From the IMG/VR virus record IMGVR_UViG_3300025141_015556: a DNA stretch of 64,000 nucleotides; one strand, given 5' to 3'. The translations under genes and the position numbers were made by a program. The notes below the pieces were generated by a model. That model saw only the letters and a program-made list of their open reading frames with translations. It did not search any database and was not told the origin of the DNA. Of the stretch, positions 17,911 to 28,350 are shown piece by piece (the first letter of the stretch is position 1; each line of letters starts with the position of its first letter). This stretch comes from a virus.

Positions 17911-17933
17911 GAAAAAAATCTTTTCTCCCCACT

Positions 17934-20900
17934 TTAATCAACAAATGATGCCCCCGTCCTTGTAATATTAAAGTCAAGGGCAATAAACTCGATAGCTCGT
18001 GTGGGCTTCAAGTATATCTTAGCATACATAATATTTCTATCGATTAAGTCAGCAGTCGTCGTAGTTTCATCGAGGACAAGCTTATAATCGGTAAGGCCAA
18101 AATTAGTCTTGACCGTATCCAAGAAGGGTGTCACTTGACTTGTAAATCGGTCCCACGTACTCTGAACATTGGGATCAAAGAGCAACGTTGTTGCAATCTG
18201 GGAGATTCTTTTCTTGACAAAAATCAGCATTCTTCGAACATTAATGCGATCTAGCGCAGACGATGTTACTTGAAGCGTCTTCTGCCCAAAAATCACGATT
18301 CCTTCCGCCGGGAATTTGGCAATTGGATTGACATTTGCGGCGTAGAGATCGTCTCTCTGCTTCCTTGTAAGCTGTTCGACGATGTTTACGACCGGGAGAC
18401 CCGCAGAACCCTCTGTAAGGCCTCCACGATTGAATCCGGCCGGTGCAAACCAAACTTCAGTCTTCCGCTGAGAGCTAGAGAACGTCCCCAATGCCGGGAT
18501 AGACGGAGGTACCCAAAGTAGCTTACCATTAATAGTATCTCTGACCTGAACCCAAGGATAGTATGCGCAGCCATAGCTGGAATTTAATCCGCGTGACTTC
18601 AGGTTATTAAGGATGTCTGTTACACTCCCCACGCGACCCGAAAAAGAGTCGGTGTTTTCAGTGGTCTCCTTAAAGCCCCCCTTCAAATCGACAATCGCCA
18701 AGGCATCCGCGCGATCCTCACATGTATTAATCAGATGCGTCGTGAGACCCTCATTTGTGATACCAGGAACGGTCGCAAGATTCATTTCTACTACCTCTGG
18801 GTCGGCAATTGCATCAATGGCTCGTTTAATAGAGTAATTGGCATAATAACCAAACTCAGTGGAGTCCTCCAAAGCGGTATTGTCAAAAGGCTCTGGTTTT
18901 CTTATATCAAGCCCATCAAAACCACCATGAAGCGGGACCGTAAACCTATCAAATCCTTGATTGAGCGGCTCTTCCCACGAACTAGACACCGCGGTCATAG
19001 AGGCGCCGGCGGCTCCGGGGCCTCCGGTCGAAAGAATTCTACGAGAACCAGAAACCCATGCCGCATTAAGCGACCCGGTGAAAATAAGATCGTCTAGTGT
19101 AAATGGCACCGATAATTCACAACCAGCCGCAGTAGAAGTAAACTGATCTGTGAGCACCCCGCCGCGCGGCATCAAAAGATCGAGGTTAGATTCGCCGAAT
19201 CGAACAGATCCGGCAGTACGCCCAGTATTAAATCCGAAATAAGCATCAGTAGTATTACCCAAACCTCCGTCTGAACCGCTTTTACGCAGTGCGGGTGCTG
19301 GGAATTTAATCGATCCGGTAAAGTCTGCCGATCGGAAGCCTAGGCCGTGATTAACCTGCGTACCTGAGCCGAATAGCAAATAGGAGCCGCTCAGTCCCGT
19401 AGCTACGCCGGCGACGGAGGGGCCAGGAAGTGCCGTGGTATTTGCTAGGGATGCGGCATCAAATGACGAACCAGAAGCGGCAATATAAGATCCTAAATCT
19501 GGTGAATTGCCACTTAGGTTAACAGAAACATCTGCATATTTAACGACCCCAAGGAACCCAAAGGGCAGGTATTGTGTGCTTCCACCATGGCCGTTCGCCA
19601 GTTCTATACGAATATATCGCGATTGATTATCAAATTCGCCGTATGTTACATATCTCTTAAGAGTGTTGTCCCACGAAGTACGACGATCTCCAATTTTTCT
19701 CTTTACATAATTTAAAGAATTCTCATTCAGGTTGCAATCATTAAATTGTTCCAACACCCGAACAACATTATCGGAATCTTTTAGACTTCTCACCACTATA
19801 GAGAAGCTGCCCCACGGGTCCGCGTCAGGATTGGGGGGCGCCGCAATATCTTCAATTGAAATTTTCAAATTACGATTTGTCCAGTCGCCGGGCTCATTAA
19901 GAGCATGCAGTTTAAACAATTTTTGCATGGCGGTGGCATCGTAGCTTCCAGAATCAGTGGTAATATCTTGAGAAATTATCCACGGAGTTTGTGCCGACAG
20001 TAGTGGCATCGCAAAACTAGCGCCATTGCCTCCGGCGGCTTCGAGAAGGGGCAAAAGAGCACCCCAATATTTATTTGAAGAGCCGGCTGTAACTGTATCT
20101 TTCAAATGTCGATCAAATGTCTCGCCGACCCAATATTTTGTTACAGTATCAGATGTTGCTGTATTCGAGAGCTGAGGGTTGGTGTTCAGTGCCTTTCGAA
20201 TATACCGGGGGGATTCAGAATTAAAATTAACAGATGTTAGTAAATCCTTGCTTCCTTGATAATTTTTGATATACATCTTAAATTCATAATCCGAACTTGC
20301 AACGGATGATTCAACCATGGCACATGTACCAGTTACAACAGCCGAATCATCTCGGCCGGCCAAAGTACCACTTAAAGCAAAACTAGACTGATTGGTGCTA
20401 GAACTATTTGCATAAAGAATGGCAGCCAACGCTCCAGTTGAAACATAGTTGCTCATGCCGCCAGATAATCCTGTAAATGTGACATTGGAACAATTTAATG
20501 ATTGAATTAAGGTATTGCTAGCGTACCCGACGAGGCCGCCGGAAATGGAAGCGGTAACATTAATGCGCGGTCCTGAGACGCTACCGCTGCTAACAACGAA
20601 CTGATGTGTTGCGGCGCCATCGGATGTAGTGGGGCCGTTCGAGGTACCGTCGAGGTCTCCGCCTAGCGAACACGAACCAAAGACTTTGGGATAATCGGTT
20701 GTGGGCGCTCCGGTGGAGGTCCCCACATATTTGGTACCAATCGATCGAGTCATTGAAATCATCAGTTCGTGGAAAAAATGATCTGCCAGCGCCGTCGCGC
20801 CGGCGGCCGTCGCCACACCGCCCGAGACAAGAATTGCATTTTCTTCGTGCTGGCCAGCAACGCCTTGGGTGTCCACCCCGTCATCACTTCCGCTGGGCGA

Positions 20901-21443
20901 CCACTGAAATCTAAAAACATGACCATCGCTGCCAGTAAACGCAACAATCGCATATTCGCCGGGGGTATTAGTGGCGTGTGAGGCTTGCAAACTTCCGGTA
21001 GCTTGCAAGTTACCGTCCTGAGATCCAGAATTCCAAATAAACAGTCCGTATGCGCCACAGCCGCTTGTGGATTGTGCTGGATTAATCTTCCATCCTGCAT
21101 ATCCGGCAGATGTTTTATCGGGACTTTCTGCGCCCATGAGACGAACGAAAGTTAATGGAGAACTGTTCCGCAAATATGCCTGGGCGCCATAGCCACCATA
21201 AGTGGGACCAACGTTGTTGCCATCTCGCCAAACGTCGCCGCCGGCTCCACCTGGGATAGGGGCACCAAACGTCTCAACGAACTCTGAAAAGGATTCGACT
21301 GTGATCGGTCGAAGGCCGGGCCCCGACTTAGCGCGCCCAATAACGACTGGGCCAATACCAGCTGGGGAGGCTGGAATCTGGGAGTTGTCTATTTCATTAA
21401 TGAAAACTCCCGGCGAAACAAATCTAAACTTCTTAACCGCCAT
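17934..21443 (-). CDS. gp18: Tail sheath protein (gp18-like) with large insertions
   Basis: FVSPGVFINEID N-terminus; YYPWV, WFAPAGFNRG, GQKTLQ, ALDRINVRR, PTRAIEFI. Confidence 0.95.
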   Translation of the reverse strand: MAVKKFRFVSPGVFINEIDNSQIPASPAGIGPVVIGRAKSGPGLRPITVESFSEFVETFGAPIPGGAGGDVWRDGNNVGPTYGGYGAQAYLRNSSPLTFVRLMGAESPDKTSAGYAGWKINPAQSTSGCGAYGLFIWNSGSQDGNLQATGSLQASHATNTPGEYAIVAFTGSDGHVFRFQWSPSGSDDGVDTQGVAGQHEENAILVSGGVATAAGATALADHFFHELMISMTRSIGTKYVGTSTGAPTTDYPKVFGSCSLGGDLDGTSNGPTTSDGAATHQFVVSSGSVSGPRINVTASISGGLVGYASNTLIQSLNCSNVTFTGLSGGMSNYVSTGALAAILYANSSSTNQSSFALSGTLAGRDDSAVVTGTCAMVESSVASSDYEFKMYIKNYQGSKDLLTSVNFNSESPRYIRKALNTNPQLSNTATSDTVTKYWVGETFDRHLKDTVTAGSSNKYWGALLPLLEAAGGNGASFAMPLLSAQTPWIISQDITTDSGSYDATAMQKLFKLHALNEPGDWTNRNLKISIEDIAAPPNPDADPWGSFSIVVRSLKDSDNVVRVLEQFNDCNLNENSLNYVKRKIGDRRTSWDNTLKRYVTYGEFDNQSRYIRIELANGHGGSTQYLPFGFLGVVKYADVSVNLSGNSPDLGSYIAASGSSFDAASLANTTALPGPSVAGVATGLSGSYLLFGSGTQVNHGLGFRSADFTGSIKFPAPALRKSGSDGGLGNTTDAYFGFNTGRTAGSVRFGESNLDLLMPRGGVLTDQFTSTAAGCELSVPFTLDDLIFTGSLNAAWVSGSRRILSTGGPGAAGASMTAVSSSWEEPLNQGFDRFTVPLHGGFDGLDIRKPEPFDNTALEDSTEFGYYANYSIKRAIDAIADPEVVEMNLATVPGITNEGLTTHLINTCEDRADALAIVDLKGGFKETTENTDSFSGRVGSVTDILNNLKSRGLNSSYGCAYYPWVQVRDTINGKLLWVPPSIPALGTFSSSQRKTEVWFAPAGFNRGGLTEGSAGLPVVNIVEQLTRKQRDDLYAANVNPIAKFPAEGIVIFGQKTLQVTSSALDRINVRRMLIFVKKRISQIATTLLFDPNVQSTWDRFTSQVTPFLDTVKTNFGLTDYKLVLDETTTTADLIDRNIMYAKIYLKPTRAIEFIALDFNITRTGASFVD

Positions 21444-21500
21444 TCTTAGATATCTCCCTGTTTACTGCGTATGCATATGTTATGCAAGTTAATTCATTAA

Positions 21501-21508
21501 TAAATAGT
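21501..21508 (-). promoter_or_regulatory. Putative late promoter element ACTATTTA (tail sheath)
   Basis: Intergenic copy of the recurring motif. Confidence 0.65.
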
Positions 21509-21527
21509 ATTAGATAGCTCGAAAGAC

Positions 21528-22472
21528 TCATTCTCTATAAAATCCTCTTCCATCGATATTATCAGGTATGTCTCCAAAAATAACTTGCTCTCTGGCGAAC
21601 TTAAATTCAACCGCGTTTTCACGTTTTACAATTTTGGGATTTTCTTGATTATCGCCCTCGCCAATTAAATAACCAAGCACATCAACGTTGATTGTGGTTT
21701 CATAATTCCTCTGTTCAAACCCCAAATTGCTCGTATTGCTGTTGTTGTCATAACTTGCATCTATAAAGACTTCAAATTTGTGATTGTCTCGCTCAATTCG
21801 AGGAGCCATCGAACTATTGCCCGAAATTGTCACCCACGGCTGTATAAGATCGTTCATTTGCTGTTGATATTCCGTGCGTAGATTAATCTGATATCTGACA
21901 GTTACCCAAGTTGGTAGTGGAATAGTGATCGTCTGATAAACAACTTTAGCGGTAGACATATTTCTAGCGTGAGCGCTATTATTTGCTCCTCTTGCTTCGT
22001 TCGGACCCAGGCGCCGATTTGCGACTGCATTTTGAAATTCAGCCGTTTTTTTCTGATTTATCTTTCGGGCGATTGTAATTGTGCCCCCTTTTTCATCATT
22101 AATTGGAAAAACATTGGCCCATGGAAGACCCCGCTTATTGGGATCTTTGGTCACTGTTTTTCTTTCAATAGTAATCAGCGGCAAAATCAAGGATTCTTCT
22201 GCATCTCGTATTTCTTTGTTGGCCTTCAGTTGAAATGCTCGTTCGGCGGAAGCCCAAATTATGGGCACCTTTTTAAATCCCTTATTGGAGGTGGTAAATA
22301 GATTTAATTTCTCATTCACAAAATCATACAAAGCATAATCTATAGTTTCCAGTGTGGAGGGCATAAAAACTATCTCATGCAGTTTTTCTTTTACCTGCGG
22401 TGCACGAATATAATCATATCGACGAGATTTTTTATCCTGTAATTGTCGTTGGGTTTTTTTAACCGGCATCAC
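21528..22472 (-). CDS. Tail terminator/sheath stabiliser (gp15-like)
   Basis: KVPIIWASAERA, LPLITIER, PTWVTVRYQI; between neck and sheath genes. Confidence 0.6.
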   Translation of the reverse strand: MMPVKKTQRQLQDKKSRRYDYIRAPQVKEKLHEIVFMPSTLETIDYALYDFVNEKLNLFTTSNKGFKKVPIIWASAERAFQLKANKEIRDAEESLILPLITIERKTVTKDPNKRGLPWANVFPINDEKGGTITIARKINQKKTAEFQNAVANRRLGPNEARGANNSAHARNMSTAKVVYQTITIPLPTWVTVRYQINLRTEYQQQMNDLIQPWVTISGNSSMAPRIERDNHKFEVFIDASYDNNSNTSNLGFEQRNYETTINVDVLGYLIGEGDNQENPKIVKRENAVEFKFAREQVIFGDIPDNIDGRGFYRE

Positions 22473-22965
22473 TTATACCCCTAAATGTGCCGCGGCGGGC
22501 CCGGACACATTCGGCACTAATTTGGAACTTGTGGTCAACTTGACCAAAGTAATATCTTGTATCATTAAAGGTTTTAACAATTTCATATAACTTATCACCA
22601 TATTGAACAAAATCTCCGGCTCGAACAAAAAGATTTTGGTCTTCCGTGAGTCGTTTTCTATGAAAATTAACAGTCAGCTTCGTCTGATATTCATACGAAT
22701 AACGATCATTGGTTTGTACATTTTCTACTTCTACATATGCGTATACGCGGACTGGGGGTAGAAAACTTTTATTTACGGATTCTCCATAAAGAGGATGAAA
22801 ATCAGTTGCCTCGGCATCAACAGGATAATAGATTATTGTTTGGCCAATAATTCTTTCAGCGAGTTCATCATTAACCTGTTTTACAAGATCGCGCTCTTTC
22901 TTCCCAAAAAACATGGGAGGTGGAGGGGCCGCGGGTTGTGCCCATTTATCGTCTGGATTTGCCAT
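22459..22965 (-). CDS. Neck/head-closure protein (gp14-like)
   Basis: GQTIIYY, PLYGES, VRAGDFVQYGDKLYEI; position. Confidence 0.65.
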   Translation of the reverse strand: MANPDDKWAQPAAPPPPMFFGKKERDLVKQVNDELAERIIGQTIIYYPVDAEATDFHPLYGESVNKSFLPPVRVYAYVEVENVQTNDRYSYEYQTKLTVNFHRKRLTEDQNLFVRAGDFVQYGDKLYEIVKTFNDTRYYFGQVDHKFQISAECVRARRGTFRGISDAG

Positions 22966-22969
22966 CTAA

Positions 22970-24235
22970 CTACCCTACATAGATGCCGCCGGGGACATCG
23001 GCCAATAGTTTATCTGCATTGTCAGACATTTCTGAATCCTTCGTGGAAAGGTTCACATATGTCAGTTCATCAAATGTTGTCTTAAGCTCCTCTCTCAATG
23101 CGTCTTGTTCCGCTTTCGCTTGAGAAAGCAATTCGGCATGGTTTAGCGTCACCGATTCCCCTGGAATTGGCACTGTATTAAATTTACCACGAATTTGTCC
23201 CAGCATTTCTTTTGAAAGAGCCAGCGCAAAGCGGCGGATCCATTGTTTTCCAATCGAGTTAATACTGTTATAATCAATATTTTGAAATGGAAGTGTGTTC
23301 ATGTTGTTGATGCCCAAAACTCCTGTATCTACACCAGAATCTGTTTCATCCCATGGGTCTTCATCGACCGTAAAATAGAACCAAAACTTTGTTGGGCTTG
23401 CATCCTTTGGTGGAGGGAAAATTCTTAGTTTGTTGTTCTTAATTTCATATGACCAATGAGAAACCCTGGTGTTAAGCGCATCCTCATAGTTCATTGCTTG
23501 AAGTTTATTCTGCCAAACGGGAACAATATCAAATGTTGAATCATCTGCATACTGTCCATACGTACGCAAGTTGCCAACAACGCTGAACCCGCCATAATAC
23601 CCGTAAAAGCGCCACATAGCGTTCGGTGATTTATAAAATACTTTTCGAATTATAATTCTCTTCTTGCCAACTTTCCCATAATATTCTTGACCAGTCTCGG
23701 TGGCAGCAGATTCTGATATTATTGTTTGTATATCATAATCTTGCTGATCGGTTACAGTATCAAAAGAACCTGAATATATGTTTTTTGTGCCCCCCAGGCC
23801 GGCCTCTGTAATGGCGTGGTCGGACACCCTCCTAACGTGTCCATAATCATATTTTGGATATCTTAACTCAATATTTAAATCAGCCAGGTCGTCTCCAGAA
23901 ATGACTTGGCCATCGTGAGTAAACGAAGCAGTGGTGTGTCCAAGAAAACTGGAAAGAGAATTTTTTGCTTGGTGTACATTAACTATATAAGAATATTCCA
24001 AACAAGCTTCTTCGTAGGCTGCATAAACGTTTCCCTCTGTTAGCTCAATATCTAATACGTCTCCGCCCAATTTTTTATATGTATAGGCAACCTGATCTAC
24101 AGACCCTGATTGGAAAAAAGAATTTAATACGTATACGCCAAACGGCAACGAAGAAGAAATATTTCCTAAAGTGCCAGTTATCGGTAATATATTGTTATTT
24201 GTGGTTGAAGCCGGACTAAGTGTAGGAAGCGCCAT
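22970..24235 (-). CDS. Neck/head-tail adaptor protein (gp13-like)
   Basis: KLGGDVLDIELT, WIRRFALALSKEMLGQIRGKF..PIPG..VTLN. Confidence 0.8.
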   Translation of the reverse strand: MALPTLSPASTTNNNILPITGTLGNISSSLPFGVYVLNSFFQSGSVDQVAYTYKKLGGDVLDIELTEGNVYAAYEEACLEYSYIVNVHQAKNSLSSFLGHTTASFTHDGQVISGDDLADLNIELRYPKYDYGHVRRVSDHAITEAGLGGTKNIYSGSFDTVTDQQDYDIQTIISESAATETGQEYYGKVGKKRIIIRKVFYKSPNAMWRFYGYYGGFSVVGNLRTYGQYADDSTFDIVPVWQNKLQAMNYEDALNTRVSHWSYEIKNNKLRIFPPPKDASPTKFWFYFTVDEDPWDETDSGVDTGVLGINNMNTLPFQNIDYNSINSIGKQWIRRFALALSKEMLGQIRGKFNTVPIPGESVTLNHAELLSQAKAEQDALREELKTTFDELTYVNLSTKDSEMSDNADKLLADVPGGIYVG

Positions 24236-24254
24236 ATTATAATACTCCTCATTT

Positions 24255-24262
24255 TAAGTAGT
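24255..24262 (-). promoter_or_regulatory. Putative late promoter element ACTACTTA (second copy TCTATTTA at 24273-24280)
   Basis: Intergenic, between the capsid terminator and the neck gene RBS. Confidence 0.55.
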
Positions 24263-24278
24263 ATAACTATTATAAATA

Positions 24279-24309
24279 GAAAGCCCCGGCTCTATGAGCC
24301 GAGGCTTTC
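24279..24309 (-). terminator. Intrinsic terminator after the major capsid gene
   Basis: GAAAGCCTCGGCTC-ATA-GAGCCGGGGCTTTC hairpin followed by TATTT. Confidence 0.8.
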
Positions 24310-24333
24310 ACATTTATTCACCCAGATGGAGAA

Positions 24334-26208
24334 TTAACCTACCATCATATCCTGGACAAAAACGATCCCGTACATGTCGGGTCGAACCATCTTCTTGGCA
24401 TATCGGGTCATGACTCCCTTGCGGGGCACGAAGTCTTCAACACCAAAGATCGTGGGGGTAGTCTGGAGTGGCACATAAGGTGCATAAACATAACCAGACT
24501 CCAGGAAGGAGCTTCCTCTACGTCCAACGAGGATCAAACCACGCAGGAAGTAAGGATCGACATAAATGTCGAACTTCTTAGAAAGGCTACCAACCTTAAC
24601 CGAACCAGCATCGCCTCTATCACTGTCAACAGTAACATTCGCGCGGAAACCAGCGGTAAACTCAAGGATGTTAGCAACTTCTGGTGAGCACACCACAAAG
24701 TTAGCAGCACCACGTAGAGTCTTACGGTGGATCTGAGCCGAGACATCATTGATTGTCTCAATGAGAGTCTCATACCATTCACTTACATTACCAGTGAAGT
24801 CGGGAGCAACTGTATCTGCACCAACCTCGACACCAGTCTCACGGTTTACGAACTTACCGGGAGCACGGGACCAATAACGCACGGTCGTAGCGCCTCGAAC
24901 CAGATCTTCAAGAATCTCACGGTCAATTTCGAGCGCAATTTGCTCAGAAAGGATCTGAGTGAGCTCGACTTCGGCATCCAAATTGTGATAGGCATTAAGA
25001 TCCTGTCCCAATTCCGGAGTCCACTTGGCCTTCAGCTTCTTAGTGATCGCCGTAACGGCCACTGAATCGACCTTGATGTCGATCTCGGGAATCTGAGTAT
25101 TATTCTCAAGACCCCATGGGCTTGCTCCAACAACAGAGCCGATAGCCCCGCCTGCATTAAAGGTATCATCAATCGGGTATTCCCAAGTAAAGGTCTCGGA
25201 AGTTCCCAAAGAACCAGCTGAAACACCACCGACAGATTCGCTAAGCTGTACAGCGGAAGCAGCACCATCGAAAGATGCAGCGACCATGATAACAGCCTCA
25301 GATGCCTGATCGTTAAGCGCTCCATTTTGAGAACCGGAGCCATATCGCGTTAATCTACGAACGAGATGTGCCGGCACGCTGTCGTCAGTACCATCGAAAA
25401 TGCCCCTGCCTCCATCAACGCCGGAAACCTGAATAGCAATTAGGTCTTGTTTATTCAGCGTATCACCAGATGCCGTAAGGCCGGTAAGTACCGCTTCGAA
25501 AACGAAAACGTTTGCTGTGCCCGAAAGGGCCAATAAATCCGGATCAAACTGAATAAGCTCGTCAAGAGTGTGCTTACCGCGACCAGAAAGGTCGTTGGTG
25601 GTCTTGGTAGTATCTCCAACCGTACCAGAAACAAGCGGGCGGAGTACATCCGGAGCGCTTCGCTGAGCAAATGTGCGAGCATTCGAACCGGTCGGTGAAG
25701 CATAACCATTATTAAGGTTATACGGACCCTTATCAGCGAACTGATTACCCAGGTCTACACCGCCAGTAAGCTCGGCGCCTACAACGTTGCCGCCATAAAG
25801 GGATCGATCTGCGGCATGATAGCCGAGTCGAGCGGAACCATCTCCGCTGTCCTTTCCTGCGCCTAGATCGCCAGAAACAACGAAATCTAGGAAGAAGATC
25901 AGGCCAGAGGGTAAACTCATGGGCTGAACACTTACTAGATCATTGGCAATTAAATTGCCGAATACGCGACGAACGAGGGGGAATGCGACGGCTGCAAAGC
26001 CTTCAACATCGCCACTGGACATCGAGGATCCTTCTCGGAGTAGCTCTTTGGCTTGGTTTTCAAGCAAAGAAGCCATCCCGTTTCGAAGGTGGTCGCCGCC
26101 TAGACCCTCAAGAAGACCAGTCTTTTCCCACTTGGAGACAAGAGCGCTGGATTCCTGTGAGAGATCTCGTCGAACGATTCCTTCTGTCAGTTTTTCTACA
26201 ATAGACAT
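24334..26208 (-). CDS. gp23: Major capsid protein (gp23-like)
   Basis: KWEKTGLLEG, LLENQ, PLVRRVF, VSVQPMSLPSGLIFFLDF, KLKAKWTPELGQDL.AYH.LDAE.EL, YAPYVPL, KGVMTRYA. Confidence 0.96.
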   Translation of the reverse strand: MSIVEKLTEGIVRRDLSQESSALVSKWEKTGLLEGLGGDHLRNGMASLLENQAKELLREGSSMSSGDVEGFAAVAFPLVRRVFGNLIANDLVSVQPMSLPSGLIFFLDFVVSGDLGAGKDSGDGSARLGYHAADRSLYGGNVVGAELTGGVDLGNQFADKGPYNLNNGYASPTGSNARTFAQRSAPDVLRPLVSGTVGDTTKTTNDLSGRGKHTLDELIQFDPDLLALSGTANVFVFEAVLTGLTASGDTLNKQDLIAIQVSGVDGGRGIFDGTDDSVPAHLVRRLTRYGSGSQNGALNDQASEAVIMVAASFDGAASAVQLSESVGGVSAGSLGTSETFTWEYPIDDTFNAGGAIGSVVGASPWGLENNTQIPEIDIKVDSVAVTAITKKLKAKWTPELGQDLNAYHNLDAEVELTQILSEQIALEIDREILEDLVRGATTVRYWSRAPGKFVNRETGVEVGADTVAPDFTGNVSEWYETLIETINDVSAQIHRKTLRGAANFVVCSPEVANILEFTAGFRANVTVDSDRGDAGSVKVGSLSKKFDIYVDPYFLRGLILVGRRGSSFLESGYVYAPYVPLQTTPTIFGVEDFVPRKGVMTRYAKKMVRPDMYGIVFVQDMMVG

Positions 26209-26237
26209 TATTTTAATTTCCTCCTTAAATGTTTATC

Positions 26238-27275
26238 TTAGTTTTTTATACCCGCCAAACGCAACATACGTGCCATGTGCGGGTCGCTTGTTGGAGAAGG
26301 CAAATCTTGTCTTCTCCTGGCAGAATGTAGCATAGAAGTCACAGGACGACTTACAGCTTCGCTAAGTGAGTTTGTTTGTCGTCCTTTGTGAACGCTCACC
26401 GCTCCCTGAAGCGTGTCATATAACGACGTTGCCTCTTCTACCGTTTTAGCATTGAAAACTGCTTCGACAATTTTTTCTTTTTGTCGCTCATTCAAGGAGT
26501 AATCGTTCAATGCTTTATTCTGGTAAACCAATTTCGCGTTTTCCAGAATCAAATAATTTAGATGTTCTTTTGCCTCATTAAGCAGGGATTTCAGTTCCTC
26601 TGCCTCAACGCTAAGGCTTTTAATTTTATTTTCGTATACTTTTTGATATTTTTCTCTCTTTTCGGAAGCTTCTTCTGATTCTTGTGCTTTTGCTCTTATC
26701 TCTGCCTCTACCTCTTCGGTATGCTCTTGCGTATCGGCGGAAGCAAGGGGGGCAAATCCAGTGGCAATATCAGCTTTTGGATCAATGTCAACCGTAAGCT
26801 CTTCAACAACCGATTTAAGGAGATCCTCAGAAATCGTTAATTCTTCTTCGGGAGGAGCTGCTTCTTCTGGTGCCGCTGGCATACCACCAAAAATTTCTTC
26901 GGCGGCCTCCTCAGAACCGATTAATTCTGATGCTTCAAGTTCGTCGGCTTCCTCTTCAGCATGAAGGCGCGCGCGGATATCATCAAAATCGATTTCAATT
27001 ACTTCATCTTCTTTTGGTCCGTCAATTTCTGGATCTTCATGTGCTAGCGGGACTTCATCTATAAACGAAGAGTCTTCAAGAGGAGTTGTTTCTTCGGGCA
27101 TGCCGAGAGGCTCTCCCATACCCACAGGGGGCTCCTCCTCTTGTTCTAAAAGGCTGTCTATAGCCTCCTTAACCTCTCCAGAATATTTCTCTAAAACGAG
27201 ATTTTCGGCATTTTTCATAGCTGCGTCTTTTAAAGACTTAGCGTCTACAATAGCCTGTTCTAACAATGAAGACAT
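26238..27275 (-). CDS. Prohead core/scaffold protein (gp22-like)
   Basis: Very acidic coiled-coil directly upstream of the capsid gene; NAKLVY..., ends MARMLRLAGI. Confidence 0.75.
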   Translation of the reverse strand: MSSLLEQAIVDAKSLKDAAMKNAENLVLEKYSGEVKEAIDSLLEQEEEPPVGMGEPLGMPEETTPLEDSSFIDEVPLAHEDPEIDGPKEDEVIEIDFDDIRARLHAEEEADELEASELIGSEEAAEEIFGGMPAAPEEAAPPEEELTISEDLLKSVVEELTVDIDPKADIATGFAPLASADTQEHTEEVEAEIRAKAQESEEASEKREKYQKVYENKIKSLSVEAEELKSLLNEAKEHLNYLILENAKLVYQNKALNDYSLNERQKEKIVEAVFNAKTVEEATSLYDTLQGAVSVHKGRQTNSLSEAVSRPVTSMLHSARRRQDLPSPTSDPHMARMLRLAGIKN

Positions 27276-27308
27276 TAAATCACTCCCATTCCTGATAATT
27301 TATCAACT

Positions 27309-27316
27309 TAATTAGT
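27309..27316 (-). promoter_or_regulatory. Putative late promoter element ACTAATTA (scaffold/capsid)
   Basis: Intergenic copy of the recurring motif. Confidence 0.65.
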
Positions 27317-27351
27317 ATTGAGAATACTAAAAAGACTGTAAAGACAATATT

Positions 27352-27414
27352 TTATACCTCACGAAGAGCTTCATAGATATCTTCAAACACCGAGGCTTGA
27401 TAAAAAGCAGTCAT
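27352..27414 (-). pseudogene. 20-codon ORF MTAFYQASVFEDIYEALREV, possible remnant C-terminus of a replaced gene
   Basis: Resembles the end of the upstream protein (EDTFEGIFEAAGLGA). Confidence 0.3.
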
Positions 27415-27421
27415 ATTCCCA

Positions 27422-28348
27422 TCACGCACCTAAGCCGGCAGCCTCAAAGATGCCTTCAAATGTATCTTCGTCTACGTCATCACTAAATATCGCGTGGGCC
27501 GCCCATCTGATATCGGCGGGCGGTGTTCCGGTTGTATTATATCCAAAGCGCAAGCCGGTAAGGGGGGCGGGGCACGGGTCACAAGATGGTGCCATATCCC
27601 ACGTGGATTGGTTGGTACCCCAGTTACTACCTATCTGTTGAACGAATGCTTCGAATCTATCAGCGCTACCGTTGGCATCGGAGTCATATAGTCTCCACGC
27701 AAAAAACCACCAATTGTTAGTTCTATCGTCGCTTGAATTACCGTGGGATAGCGCAAAGTTAGTCCCCGTTGCCCCGAATGTTACCCCGTTAATTTTGTTG
27801 TATGTGGCAAGCCCCAGCACATTAGCCGTGCCTTGTGGTGTGGTGGCGGTACCGAAATAAGACACTATCTCGATGCGGCTGTGAACGGACGGCTGGTAAA
27901 AGATGACGAACCCAGCGCAAGGCTCGACCGGATCGCAGCAACCGACAGGCGCTGTCCAGGAGTCTTGGGCTGCGCCATAGTTCGTAGTATTACAATCCCC
28001 AGCGTCAGTAGAAACATACTTTGTTAAGGCTGTTGAGTGGCCGCCAGGCGCGCTGCTGTCTTCAATCTGCCAGTTTCCTGTACTGGCCAGCTCGGCGATG
28101 AGGTTTGGTTTATCGTTACCGCCAATCTCTGTCATTATTGTAGCACCATCGGCCAAGTCTCCAGTGTTAACTTCTTGGCAAGTCCATAGTCCGAACAGAT
28201 TCCCGGTGCTCTGACATGCGGCAACGAAGGCATCTCCTCCTCCTCCCCCCTCCTCGCCGGCGATTGTTTTAATTTTGTGAGTCTCTATGCCGGCGATTGT
28301 TTTGGCGTGTTCGATTTCAATCAAATTGATGGTATAGATTGACCCCAT
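27422..28348 (-). CDS. Putative fibre-tip/adhesin protein (LamG/concanavalin-like beta-sandwich)
   Basis: Short N-terminal repeat (KTIAG twice), poly-Gly linker, Trp/Cys-rich beta domain with WWFFAW. Confidence 0.5.
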   Translation of the reverse strand: MGSIYTINLIEIEHAKTIAGIETHKIKTIAGEEGGGGGDAFVAACQSTGNLFGLWTCQEVNTGDLADGATIMTEIGGNDKPNLIAELASTGNWQIEDSSAPGGHSTALTKYVSTDAGDCNTTNYGAAQDSWTAPVGCCDPVEPCAGFVIFYQPSVHSRIEIVSYFGTATTPQGTANVLGLATYNKINGVTFGATGTNFALSHGNSSDDRTNNWWFFAWRLYDSDANGSADRFEAFVQQIGSNWGTNQSTWDMAPSCDPCPAPLTGLRFGYNTTGTPPADIRWAAHAIFSDDVDEDTFEGIFEAAGLGA

Positions 28349-28350
28349 TA

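Noticed and set aside
21472-21486. TGCATA-TGT-TATGCA inverted repeat in the sheath leader
   Set aside because: Weak AT-rich 6-bp stem, single occurrence
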